Shown: in pieces, positions 10,179 through 21,427 of the stretch
Position numbering within the stretch: the first letter of the stretch is position 1
How the letters are laid out: the number at the start of each line of letters is the position of its first letter
NCBI GenBank assembly: GCA_040285855.1
Contig: JAUFOQ010000001.1
Location: forward strand, 3,782,001 to 3,846,000
Length of the DNA: 64,000 nucleotides
Direction of reading: 5' to 3'
DNA from: Eukaryota sp. GEM-RC1
Lineage: Eukaryota
Notes under the pieces: model-generated
Told to the model about the DNA's origin: nothing
The model's input: the letters and a program-made list of their open reading frames with translations, nothing else
Databases searched by the model: none
Position numbers and translations under genes: made by a program

Positions 10179-11660
10179 TTTTTCTGTTAGCTTTTAATTC
10201 CTTCTTTGTTGGGCCATTATTTCCTTGTAAAATATAATCTTGTATTGTATATCGAATTGTTTAATATCTACAGAATAGAAATTCATTAATTCTATGTTAT
10301 ATAGATCATTGTCTTGAAAAATATTGGTAGTTTCAACTTAACAGATCGTAAATACTTATCAACATTCATGTGAAACTAGGTTTATGGCCTGTTGGTCTCC
10401 AAAAGTACTTGTTTGGTTCTCTATAGTCTCTTAAAAACCCTTAAAAACCCACCACACATCTCTTCATACTCAATGCCCTCTTCATCATATTCAATGGCTT
10501 CTAAAGGATTATTGTGTGGTTAAGATACATACTTTCGAACATTCACTGCACTGGAACTTAGTTGAATGCTTGGCGTTCACGTGGTACCTTAATCCATTTT
10601 TGCATCACAGTCCTTGTAAGTACAAGCATACCCTCTTGTGGACATGTGAGAAGAATTAATGCCGGTAGAAAAGTGAATTTCTTCTGTTGCACTTCATTTC
10701 GGTGTGTGTTGTCAGAATTCTCATATCCTCTTTTCTCACATTTCTATCTCTTCAATGTTTCTTCTATGTGTCCTTAGTCTAGTGTCCCTTATTCCTTCTT
10801 TAAAGAATGAATAAGGACACTTAATCAGTTTGATTAAAAACACTGTTTTTCAACACAGTGTATTGTGTATTACAAAATTCTCTGAAATTAATAAAATTGG
10901 TAGAGAGTAAATTAGATGTTATTGATTTGTTTATTGATTTGTTTATTGATTTCAAGTAAATGGTCTTATGTCAATCAGTTCTGCAACAGAAACTTATTTC
11001 AACTCTTTATTTGGAATAGAGATATCACATTATAAACAAGTACCAATATTGTGTGGTTTTCTATAATTCTTGAAAAAAGGCTATAGAAAACCACTTAAAA
11101 ACCCTCTACAAGTATTCATCGTGTGGTCAACTGTCATAAATCTTTTTATTTGGACCAATTTTACCCAAAAAGAATTCTGTAAAAGAGACTTAACACCACC
11201 GTGTTTATTGTTCAACAGTCTTCATCAATTAATTATGAGTGTCCTGTTGAGAACACCACTCAAATGTTTACTTAAAAATGTTGACACATTAAGTATAGAT
11301 CACTCATAATGTGCAACTAAACGAGATCGCCTTCATCATTTCTGAAGAAGAAACTTTGAGTCCACGATCGTCAATAGCAATGCTCAGGGTTGCTCCACGA
11401 TCGAGTCCTTGATCGAGAGCATGTTAAGTTAGCTGATCGCCTCCTTGAAGGAGGAGATCAGCTAACTGAATGAAAACAGCCACTTCACGGACTGTACCTT
11501 GATAAGAAGCTCGTTAACGCGAGCCACAAGATCATCTGGGGAGAAGGAAGTCTACCATCAAGACAATCCGCCATGTGGTGATTGCAAATCTATTGCATAT
11601 CTTTCCACAAACGTTCTACGTTCTACGTTCTGCGTGGACTCTCAAGAAGGAACTCTTTCA

Positions 11661-13534
11661 ATGTCAGTACATTCCCTCAAGACCAAGTATGCTAAGTTCT
11701 TCAAGGCACACCAATCCCACGAACTTCTACATACCGCCTCAGATAGTCTCGCTTTATCATCACTATCCTTCTTGTCACGACCTCCCATCACCTTCTACTT
11801 GATCCTACCCTCAGCTTTACTCTCCTTAGTAACTGTTCTAGTTCTCGGTACTTCCGCGTTCATCTCCTCTGTTCAGGGCTATTCCATTTCTACCTACTTC
11901 TCCTCATTACTAACAGCCATCACATCATCAATCACGTTGTTCTACGTTCTTTCAGTCATTGTTGCTCTATTTCTGCTACTTTCATTTCTTCTCGTGTTCC
12001 AGTCACTCCAACGCTTCGCTCTTCATGGCTTCTTCAACGTGGTGATCTTATATCAACCCAGATTCATCTGCTGTATTCTGTACCAACTAACTTCACTTCT
12101 TCTCCTCTTTCTATCTTTACTTCATCCCTTTCAACTTCTGAAGATTGTGTCTTTTGTGTTCTCCATTTTTGTTCCTTTAGCGTTCCCTTTCTTTGCTATT
12201 TCTCTGTTGAATGATCTTCATTGTCCGAGTTTTATTGTTACTTGTATTACAGATTTCGCAATTGCAAAATTTGAAAAATGTCACAAAATTGATACTACAT
12301 CCAAAAAATTTGCTTTAAATAAGCGACATCTTGTAAATTCAATTCTAAAACTTTCGTCAATATTTGCAATCAATTCTGATCAGCAGACGTTATTTAAAAC
12401 TATCGATTCGTTGAGTTTTATTTGTTTAACTTACGGTCTAGCAAAGGTTAATTTACCTTCAGAGTTTTTTGAAGTGTCTTTTTCTCTCAGAAGTAAAATG
12501 GATATGAACAGTTTGTCAGTAGATTCTATTGCACGAATATCTAAACAACAAACTTGGCTAGAATGGCTGGTTTTAAGAAGATGTATGTTTTTAAAATTTT
12601 AAATTTTCTAATTCCAGATCAATCGTACATTCAACAAGCTGTAGCAACTGGTCAACCAAATCCAGCGCTTATAGCTCACATATCACGTCATCTACGACGT
12701 ATTGCGGTTGCTTCTATTTATAGAAAAGATATTCATGTGTTTGACCTTTGCGTTCGTTTTTTTAACACGTTTATCAGAGTCTTTATAACTTCAAAAGATT
12801 TAAGATCAATTTCTAATGTTTTGTTCGAGTACCGTAACTTGGGTAGTAAAACTCTATTCATTTCATCTAGGCTTCACCACCAATTAAATGTAAGACCAAA
12901 CTTAAAAGATTCTTTCTTTCTTCCTGATATGCTCGATTCAAAAGTTGTCACTATTGGACAATTTCTTCGATATTATTCAATTGTTTGTTTAGAATCTGAT
13001 ATCGGTACGGTTTCGGAAGTAATTGCTCATGATTGCGGGTATTTGGTAGCAGAAGCGTTTAAACTACGAAGATCTTGTCATGACGACCTTTTGGCTTTGT
13101 TTTTAACAATTGATGATACAGCAGAAACAACTAAGCAGGTCACGTCATTGAGAGGTATTAGAAGAGCTCAGATCAAATTGGCAGTTTCCTATTTGGTACA
13201 TGGTCAAATGCGTCACGCGAGATTGATTCAGCAGGATATGAACGATGAGCCCCATGAGCGATTGCAATCAATTTGGCAAGAATTGACCTCCATTCAATCA
13301 CAAGAGTTCTATGAAATTTCTGATAGAGGATCTGATGATAACTATTTAACAGATCAACAAAAGGAAAAATTACCGTTGTTTTTCTCTTTCTTTAAAGGTT
13401 TGTCATTGCCTTCAGAATCATCGGAACAACTTGATATAGAAAAAGAAATTAAAAGTTTTAGAGTTCAAGGGAGGACTTTAGCTGGAGAATCTAAATCTTT
13501 AACAGATTTAAATATTCCCAATTCAATTTCTTGA
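11661..13534 (+). CDS. Multi-pass membrane protein with a conserved helical C-terminal domain (recalled resemblance to bacterial DUF2254-type proteins); frameshift at ~12598
   Basis: Five or six hydrophobic helices, then FFNTFIR, LRGIRRAQIKLA, DM..EP.ERL and FYEISDRG motifs; adding one T to the TTTT run joins the two ORFs. Confidence 0.6.
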
Positions 13535-13957
13535 AAAATTCTTGGGAAATTGGTTCATCATTCTAGTTTGCTTGCATAATAATCTGTATATTACATAAAT
13601 TTCATTCAAATAAATACTTTTTAGTTTTTCTTTACATCATCACTTTTAATTGTTTTTTTAAAACCGTGTACATGTAATGAACTTTTCTTTGAGGAATTCT
13701 GCATGTACATTGTACCTTTAAATGACCAAAACCTTGATGACGTCATCAAGGAAAACTCTGTCAATCTAACAATTCAATTTAACAACATTTATTAAAGAAC
13801 AATAGAAATACGTTTTCGGAATGAATTAATTGTTTTAAATAAAATGCAATGGTCATAAAACGTTGAAAAGATCGATATAAATAACAATTTTAAACAAAAA
13901 ACGTTCCATGTTCAAACTAAAAATACATGTATAAATTTACATAAACCTCCTAAATTT

Positions 13958-15821
13958 TTAAATATTTAAACTTTCAAGGGCCTTCTCAACTCCAATTTTA
14001 AACTTTTGCTGTTCAATTCCTAATTTCTTTCGAAGTAAACCTTCCTCAACATTAGAAACAACATTTGCAGACAATAACTTCGATATTAAACTATTTCCTG
14101 ACGATGTGGGCTGATGACGTGGCAACTCAGTTTGATTGCTGACGTCAACAATAGACCTTCCAATCAAATCATCAACAAATATCATTGCAGAACGTCTGTA
14201 CACCTTATCAATAGAATTTAAAATTTCTTCTCTTTTCTTCAACAATTCTTCTTCCTTAACTCTCTTTTGCTTTTCCATTTCTTCTCTTGATTTCCTCTCT
14301 TCAGTTGCTTTAGTAGCCATTTGAACCAAGCGAAGTTCTTCATTCTTTCTGACCAATTCTTTAGAGAAAAAGTCCAACTTCTTACCAAATAACATGCCCA
14401 ATTTCTTATCTTTTTGAGCTTTTCCGGTCTCTATTTTGATCCTTTGGGCACGTTCATGGTCCTTTCTTTCTTCGAGTTCATCCACAACCATTGACAACGC
14501 GGCTTGAGCACGTGATTCTTCAATCAAATTCTTAGAATCATTCATTTCTCTCAAGAATTTTGATTGACGAGCCTTTCCCTCGTAACAGTGATTGGAAAAT
14601 AACACAACTACACTGAGTTTTGTGTAGTTCTTGTTCAAATACAGACCTAAATCTTCTAATTTCCCATCTATTTCTCCTAGTTTCTTCTCTTGCCTCATCC
14701 ACTGATCCAAAGGAGACGTTTTGACCTTCATCATCAGAGTCAATTGAAGCGGCAAGATTCTTATCATCAGGAAATCGTGGTAGAGCTCGGAGTGCTGGAG
14801 TGAGTGGCCTCCTAATCATCGACAAATCATCACGTGTGACAGTCAGATTGGCTGTGGAAGTGGAAGGTTTCTGATTGTTGTTTCTACAACTATCTAAAAC
14901 CAAGTCAAGTGAATTCAACAGATTTTTGTCCTTGAGCGAGCCTAATCCACGACCTTTTTTCAAAGCGGAAAGTCTTGCCTTTTTGGCTTCTGATTTGATA
15001 TTGATCTCTAAGTGATTGCTTGTCAGAAATGATTCCAAATCATCAATTCCACGTGATGAGTGGATTAAAGTAACGTCAACTTCTGATCTAATATTTGGTT
15101 GAGGAATTGAAATAGATTCTCTTTTAGGGAGATTTCGAGAAGATTTTAAATATTGGAAATTTTTCATTGCTGTACAAGTCAGTTTGGACGTATCTTTTTT
15201 CTTTTTCTCATTTAAAGTATTAATCTTGTTAAAAACTGTCCTAGCTTTGCTAGTTTTGTGTGCAGCAACTCTACTTTCTATATAATGATCTTGTTCTTCA
15301 GACCGTTTCAATAGACGTTCTTCAAGTTGATCAATTTCTTGATCTTGAATTCTTTTAATGGCTAACTCTCGTTGCTTCCAATCATAAATCTCTCTTTCCG
15401 CAAGGGCTAGAACCTTGGAATCAAAGTCTGAGGGTAGGTTTTCATCAAAACGACGGCGATCACGTGCATTTAAGATCAATTCTACTTCGGCTTGACCCAT
15501 GGGAAGACCAGAGTTGTAAGTAAGCGCGGTCAAAGAGAGAACTTCGGGAGGATGTTCAGAGGTGGAAGAGATGGTGTAGTCTGGAGTATAAGGATCTGTT
15601 TGAACGTCAGCCTCCCTGTAGTCAGTGAGGGTACCTACAGTTTTGGTGGGAGGAGAGAGAGGGCGAGGAGTGGGAGGGACAAGGGGATCAACAGGGCCGT
15701 TGTTTGAGAGGATGTCTTCAGGAGAAAGAGCCTGCATAAAGGGAAGTACAGGCCGTTTGAAGAATAACGAGCGATCAGTGCCTAGAACATCTACTGAGCG
15801 AGTAAATATCTGAGTTGTCAT
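13958..15821 (-). CDS. CFAP91: Cilia/flagella-associated protein 91 (MAATS1)-like; frameshift at ~14575
   Basis: TDYREADVQTDPYTPDY, PEVLSLTALTY..GLP.G.AEVE.I..AR and FQSLLRGK motifs characteristic of CFAP91. Confidence 0.8.
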
Positions 15822-16338
15822 GAGTGTGTAAGGTGATAAGAGAAGACTATGATGATGAAAATGTTGAAGACTTTTATGATACTGTTGCTTTTTGTATAGA
15901 TTACCAGACTTATGATTTCATTATGCCACAGTGTACGACAATTCATGTGTTGTTGGTGTTTTCTCCTTATCAACATGCTTCACAAAAATACACATGTCAT
16001 ATACAGTTTCTTTTATGAACAATGAGGGCATACATTGAGGACAAAAAATAAATGATCCACATCTACATTGAAAAGCACAAATGAAGAAGGAAAACTTTTG
16101 AACAAGAATGATGCGATGATTGTATTTGTAAAGATAGATGTGAAAACATAGTGCTGACCAATCCTCTCTGACTGAAGGGAGTCCTGGGAAAAGGAAAGGA
16201 AGATACAGTTCTCGAGTGTAACCATTCAAGACTCCTCTAGGAAGAGATCTAGTGTGTCAAACAGGACAGATATTAATAGAAGTTGTGACTATAGTTATAG
16301 TCTATAGTGACAAGAATCTTCATCTGATAAGACAACAA

Positions 16339-16351
16339 TTCGCCCGCCAAA
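16339..16351 (-). promoter_or_regulatory. E2F-like site (TTTGGCGGGCGAA) ending 11 nt before the CDT1-like ATG
   Basis: Matches the TTTSSCGS consensus; a GC-rich island in AT-rich sequence upstream of a replication gene. Confidence 0.5.
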
Positions 16352-16362
16352 TTTCTTTCTCA

Positions 16363-17595
16363 ATGCCACAATCTTCTCTCGATACTTATTATCGACATCG
16401 ACGCACTGACAGGGAACCACTGAAGCCTAAAAAACTCGGCAGAACTTCCTTAAACTTTCCAGTTCCAGATGCTATACACAGAACTAGTCATTTAGACGAT
16501 CCCAAATCTCAATCTGCCATCTCACAACCCCTAGTAAGAAATCCCCTTACTACTCCCAGTTCTACTCCCAGTTCAAAGACTGAACTGGGAGTACGGATGT
16601 CAACTTCTTCTTCTTCTTCTTCTTCAAATAATTCGCTCTCTAGTTATCTACGGGATGTAATTTCTTCAGAAGTTTCCTCGGCTAAACCCCTTTCCACTGA
16701 ATTCAATCTCATCATCACTGTTTTTGACTCCATTTCGTCTGTCTTCATTTCTCTAGGTCATAATCAACGCTCTGTCACGTGGGATGAGCTGTACACGTCA
16801 GTACAGTCGGTACTGAATCAACAAAAGGTTGATTTTACTTTAAATATCTTTAGAAAAATTGTTGCTCTTTGTCCAGGAGTATTTACGTTATCTTTATCTT
16901 ATAACAATGCTCTTGTTATTTCAACTTCTTGTTCTACGGTTGAGTGGTTCAATCACCGTTCGCTAATTCAAGATTGTTTAAGAAAAAGAATGGAAGCAGC
17001 CCATTCGAAATATTTAAAAAATGGCTGTAAGATGTCAGATCAAAAATCGAAGATAATCACTTCAAAATCAAAAGTTTGGGAAGTTTCCTTTTTAGAGAAC
17101 TATATTGACCCTCTTCCTCTTTGTTCTTTGCCAGAACCACGTGTAACACGTAACGATGACGTGTCAGTCACTCAACATGATTCACTCATGGACAAAATTC
17201 AAAAATGTCGAGATGAAGAGAAATCTGTTGTCTTAAAAGATTTCGATCTGTCTGTTATTCCAAAAGATTTGGTTAATTTTCCAAGAGAAGTCTTAGCTTT
17301 AACTCTTCACAGACAAGAAAATGCTCGAATGATCAAGACTATCGAGGAAGAAAACAAGGTCAAAAGGAAACAAGAAAGGCTCTGTCACGTTTCCAAGTTA
17401 TTAACTGCTGTAATTACTTCCCAGAATCTTCGTTCATTGATGTTTAGAGACGCTGTTCAACAACTTAAAGTTGATTTTCAATTGCAGATGGAATCCGAAG
17501 TGGATTTAATTAAAGATGTTGAAGATTTTGTGGAACAACAAGATGGTCTAATTCTTCGTAAAAATAGAATAATTGTGAGTCCTGAGTTCGGATGA
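16363..17595 (+). CDS. CDT1: Replication licensing factor Cdt1-like
   Basis: N-terminal PIP-degron-like QSSLDTYYRHRR; geminin-binding-like FDSISSVF..LGHNQRSVTW.EL..SVQ...FT...FRKIVALCP; LPEP; C-terminal ERL.HVSKLL..V..S winged-helix-like block. Confidence 0.7.
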   Translation: MPQSSLDTYYRHRRTDREPLKPKKLGRTSLNFPVPDAIHRTSHLDDPKSQSAISQPLVRNPLTTPSSTPSSKTELGVRMSTSSSSSSSNNSLSSYLRDVISSEVSSAKPLSTEFNLIITVFDSISSVFISLGHNQRSVTWDELYTSVQSVLNQQKVDFTLNIFRKIVALCPGVFTLSLSYNNALVISTSCSTVEWFNHRSLIQDCLRKRMEAAHSKYLKNGCKMSDQKSKIITSKSKVWEVSFLENYIDPLPLCSLPEPRVTRNDDVSVTQHDSLMDKIQKCRDEEKSVVLKDFDLSVIPKDLVNFPREVLALTLHRQENARMIKTIEEENKVKRKQERLCHVSKLLTAVITSQNLRSLMFRDAVQQLKVDFQLQMESEVDLIKDVEDFVEQQDGLILRKNRIIVSPEFG

Positions 17596-19019
17596 AATAA
17601 TTAAATTTTTGAAGTTTAATATATTTTGAGTTATTGGAATATTCTATTGTTGTATTATTTATTCTTTAAAAATTTTGTATTATAAAAACGTGTTTGTGTG
17701 TGGTTTTTCGACAAAACCAACATGGAGTTGTTAAATAGATAGTTCAAGTTCATGATGATTTACAACTGGAAACTTTGAGCTTTAATATTCGAGGATTTCC
17801 AATGATTTTTCCAAGATTTAGAATTTTAGATGCTATGGATAACAGTACGAAAGTCAATTCTTATTTTATATTTATTCAGTTTGCTACAACGGGTTGTAAC
17901 ATTGGTTCAAAATGATTTACATGCCTTTAAATTCTATATTTTTAAATATTGAGCATCTAACACGAAATTTAGTACTAGTTATTTTTAGCACCTTAACCTT
18001 GGGTTTTGTATTTCATTAGTAATTATTATTAAATTAATTATTATTAAAGCAGTCCAATTATCTAAGTCAAATTTACATTCAGATTGTTCTGCGAGTCATA
18101 GTAAGTATACAAACTAAACGTATTTGAAATTGTATTCTGTACTCTCATATTCTGTTTCAGAGTCCTTATGATTGTCTCTAATCAGCTCTATACCCCCCCT
18201 AGATGGGGGGTATAAAATATTGAGTGTATGCTGGTTAACAATCTGTTTTATCTCACTTATACTGATTCCTATATATAAAATGGTATATATAATATCATAT
18301 AGACTGTAGTTTTTAAACCTGTCTTTTTATATCTGATAATTGCAAAAGTTTAATGGTCCAGAAAATTTCACGTGATGTCACATAGTCTCCCCTGCTTTTG
18401 TTTCGACAAATTTAAAAGGTTAAATTATCGTCGTTTCAGTATTCCTGTCAACAATCGATGACATTTTCTACTTTGCTCTCGAATAATCTTACATTAGGTA
18501 CAAATTGTTTTAGAGAAAGAAAGTTGATCGATTTATGTGCTTGGCCAAAACAAGAAAACAACAAATAATAAAGACTATTAAAACAAAACACGTGTTTAAT
18601 TGTCTAACGAACTACCCAATTCCGAAAAGTAGTTACCACCAAACATCCTGGACAAAATGGAATCAATAAATATATACATCGATTGAAGGAGCGACAAAGC
18701 ACATCTAAACTTCCCTTCCTGTGATACTTCTGATCAAATTGGGAGCACAGTTTTTAAAACACATTTAGAAACTCTTCAGTAGAAGAACCAAAATTTCCAT
18801 TTAAAGAAATCGCAATAGGCTAAAAGACAATATCATTGTGCCGTGGTGAATTTAAGGCAAAAATTTGATGTACGTACAGTACTATGTGTCGTTAACGTTG
18901 TACTTTCAAAATTCAAAAAGAGGGGACCCGCGGCTTCAACCGAGGCAGTCATTAATGAATTTAGCACAATTCGATAGCTGCAACAAATGTTGTGTTATAT
19001 GTCGTCGGATTTATTTATT

Positions 19020-19179
19020 CTTTTTTAATCTTGATTTCAAAAATGCGTTTAATTCAGTTAGTCGTAAATCTGTTTTTGCTGCTATTGAAAAACACTTTCC
19101 TGAGTTGACGTCCTACCATTACTTATTTTATGGAAAACCAAGCGATTTAGTTTATGATTCATATTCATTGAAACAATAG
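19020..19179 (+). mobile_element. Isolated CRE-like RT fragment
   Basis: FNLDFKNAFNSVSRK..FPEL..LFYGKPSDL, homologous to 21013-21140 on the minus strand. Confidence 0.8.
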
Positions 19180-19192
19180 CTCTTTATTAAAA

Positions 19193-21243
19193 ACATTAAA
19201 ATAAACACAAATACTACAATTCAATATCATTAAAGCAACAATCATTGCCATTAAAACTCACATCAGCTTTTTCTTCATAAAAAACACTGAGAGCTAAAAG
19301 AGCTTTTGAAATCATGATAGGAATTGTTTTAAATATTGTAAAAACAATACGATTCAACCAAAATTTGAAATCAAATTTCTTGTTCATTCTTTTTTTGACC
19401 ACTTTCTCAAAATCAGAGAGAAAACAAAGAGCATCTCTACCAAGTCGACCATAAATTGAAATTGCAAAATGACATAATTTATACTCAACATGTCTAATAT
19501 GTTTGAGAGCAGTTAGTGTTTCATCATATTTGTTTCTCTTGTATTGTTCTGAAGAATTCAGTGGAAAAACTTCATTTTTAGCATCCTTGAATGCACTTTT
19601 TTTGCAAACATCCACAGTAATCACATCAACAACGGTTAGTTCATCATTAACTGATGGAACTATAACATCAGCTCTTCGTTTACCAAAAGTCTTATCAGAA
19701 TCACTATTTTTTGAATTATTGAATTCCAGTGATCTCAACAGTGGCTCAACGAAAGATTCGATTTTGTAGGACTTACACATTGCATGAATTTGATCTCTAA
19801 CAGCATCATGAATACAAGTTCTATAAGTAATGAAACGATTGCAACTCAAAAGGTGAGAAAAAGTAACTAATTTACCACATTTGCATTGAAGATCATTGGG
19901 TAAATTAGAGGGCCACAAGAAACATCGAAGTCTGAATGTTGTAGTCCATTGATGATCATTCAACAACAAACCATAGATCTGAGGAATTTGGTTAATCAAA
20001 GCAACTGAAGAACTGTCCTTTAAATCGATTAAAAAATTTGCGAAAGCTGGATTTTTTTCTTTGGCCGAGCCAAGTCGAATTTTATAATCCAGACATTCAA
20101 AATGTTTTAAAAGGTGTTTTTGGAGTTTCTTAAGAGCAAATTTTAACGAGGTGACACATCGTTCTGGTATTTCACAAATATCTGCTGGAAAACAAGTTTG
20201 CCAGAGGTCAGGTGAAATTAGTGACAATTCTGATCTCAAATTTACCAAGAAAAAACTACTTGTCGAAACAAGAAGATTTTCTTGACTTGGGTACCGTCTA
20301 CAGAACTCAAAGACAAAATTCTTACCACCACCAATGAAAGCAGATTTGGTCCACCATTTAGACGAAGTGAAACCAATACCACCAAGATGAGGATCTGAGA
20401 AGATGTGATTGTTCAAAGCAGCAGGATCCACTGATAACAAAAATGCAAGAAAGTCAGTAAGAATTTTGTTAAAGCTTCTACAGAAGTTATAGGTAAGTAC
20501 AGGGGAGAGATCGAAGCAGATGGGTAACTTTTCCTGAATAACAAATTTTTAGCATAAAGAATTTGAGATGTTTTTCCAATTGTAATTCCTTAATTTGATC
20601 TAATTCTTTTCGCATTGAATCCAAATATACATTCAGATCTTTAACAATGTTGTCATGTGAACCAAGATAACAACCTAGAAATCTAAAGCTTGAAGATAAA
20701 TAGTTCACAAAGGGAACCTCTAAAGAATTAACAATTAAAGTTACAGGTACCTTGGCAATCAAAAACATTTTTGCACATTTAATTGAAGTCCAATAGCATC
20801 GTACAAATCAGCAGCCTGATTCGCAATAATACGAAGAGTTGACATAGGAGCAATAAAAGAAATGTCATCCATATAAGCTACGATTTCTAAGTCTGCATGT
20901 TCTTCTTTGAGTTTTTTCAGGATTGGATGAATAGCCAAACAAGAAAAGAAGGGACCAAGAGGATCTCCTTGTTTAACACCAGAAACAGAATTAAGAACAA
21001 ATGAATTAAAAACTAAGTCAGAAGAGTGACCATAAAAACAATGAAAAAGGTACCTAATTCTGGAAAACTCTTTTCCAATTCAGAACAAATGGCAGATCGT
21101 TTAACAGAATTAAAAGCATTCTTAAAATCCAAATTGAAAATGCAATTATTTTCAACCGCATTGAAGAAAACATCAGAAGAAAGGGCAGCCACGGAAGCTC
21201 CATCAATGGTTTTAATACCATATTGATAAGGTAATTGAAACAA
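19193..21243 (-). mobile_element. 5'-truncated CRE-like non-LTR retrotransposon, family A (RT, CCHC zinc finger, restriction-like endonuclease), frameshifted
   Basis: QYGI..DG, LDFKNAFNSV, GVKQGDPLGP, AYMDD, FRFLG, GGIG, CKCG..H..C, HDAVRD, RAD...D, E.YK..KY motifs. Confidence 0.92.
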
Positions 21244-21390
21244 TTCCTATCATGATTTCAAAAGCTGCATTAGCTCTCAGTGTTTTTTATGAAGAAAAAG
21301 CTGATGTGAGTTTTAATGGCAATGATTGTTGCTTTAATGATATTGAGTTCTAGTATTTGTGTTTATCTTAGTGTTTTTGTTCCATAAATT
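21238..21390 (+). mobile_element. Short family A 3' end, fused head-to-head to the preceding copy
   Basis: Inverted near-copy of ~19200-19330 (TIPIMISKA...CCFNDIEF*). Confidence 0.88.
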
Positions 21391-21427
21391 AACAGTTGTG
21401 ACAAAAAAAGGTGGAAAGATTAATAAG

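Noticed and set aside
16160..16330. Purine-rich tract followed by TGTGTC, like a PPT plus LTR start
   Set aside because: No second copy, no TSD and no similarity to the two LTRs in the window.
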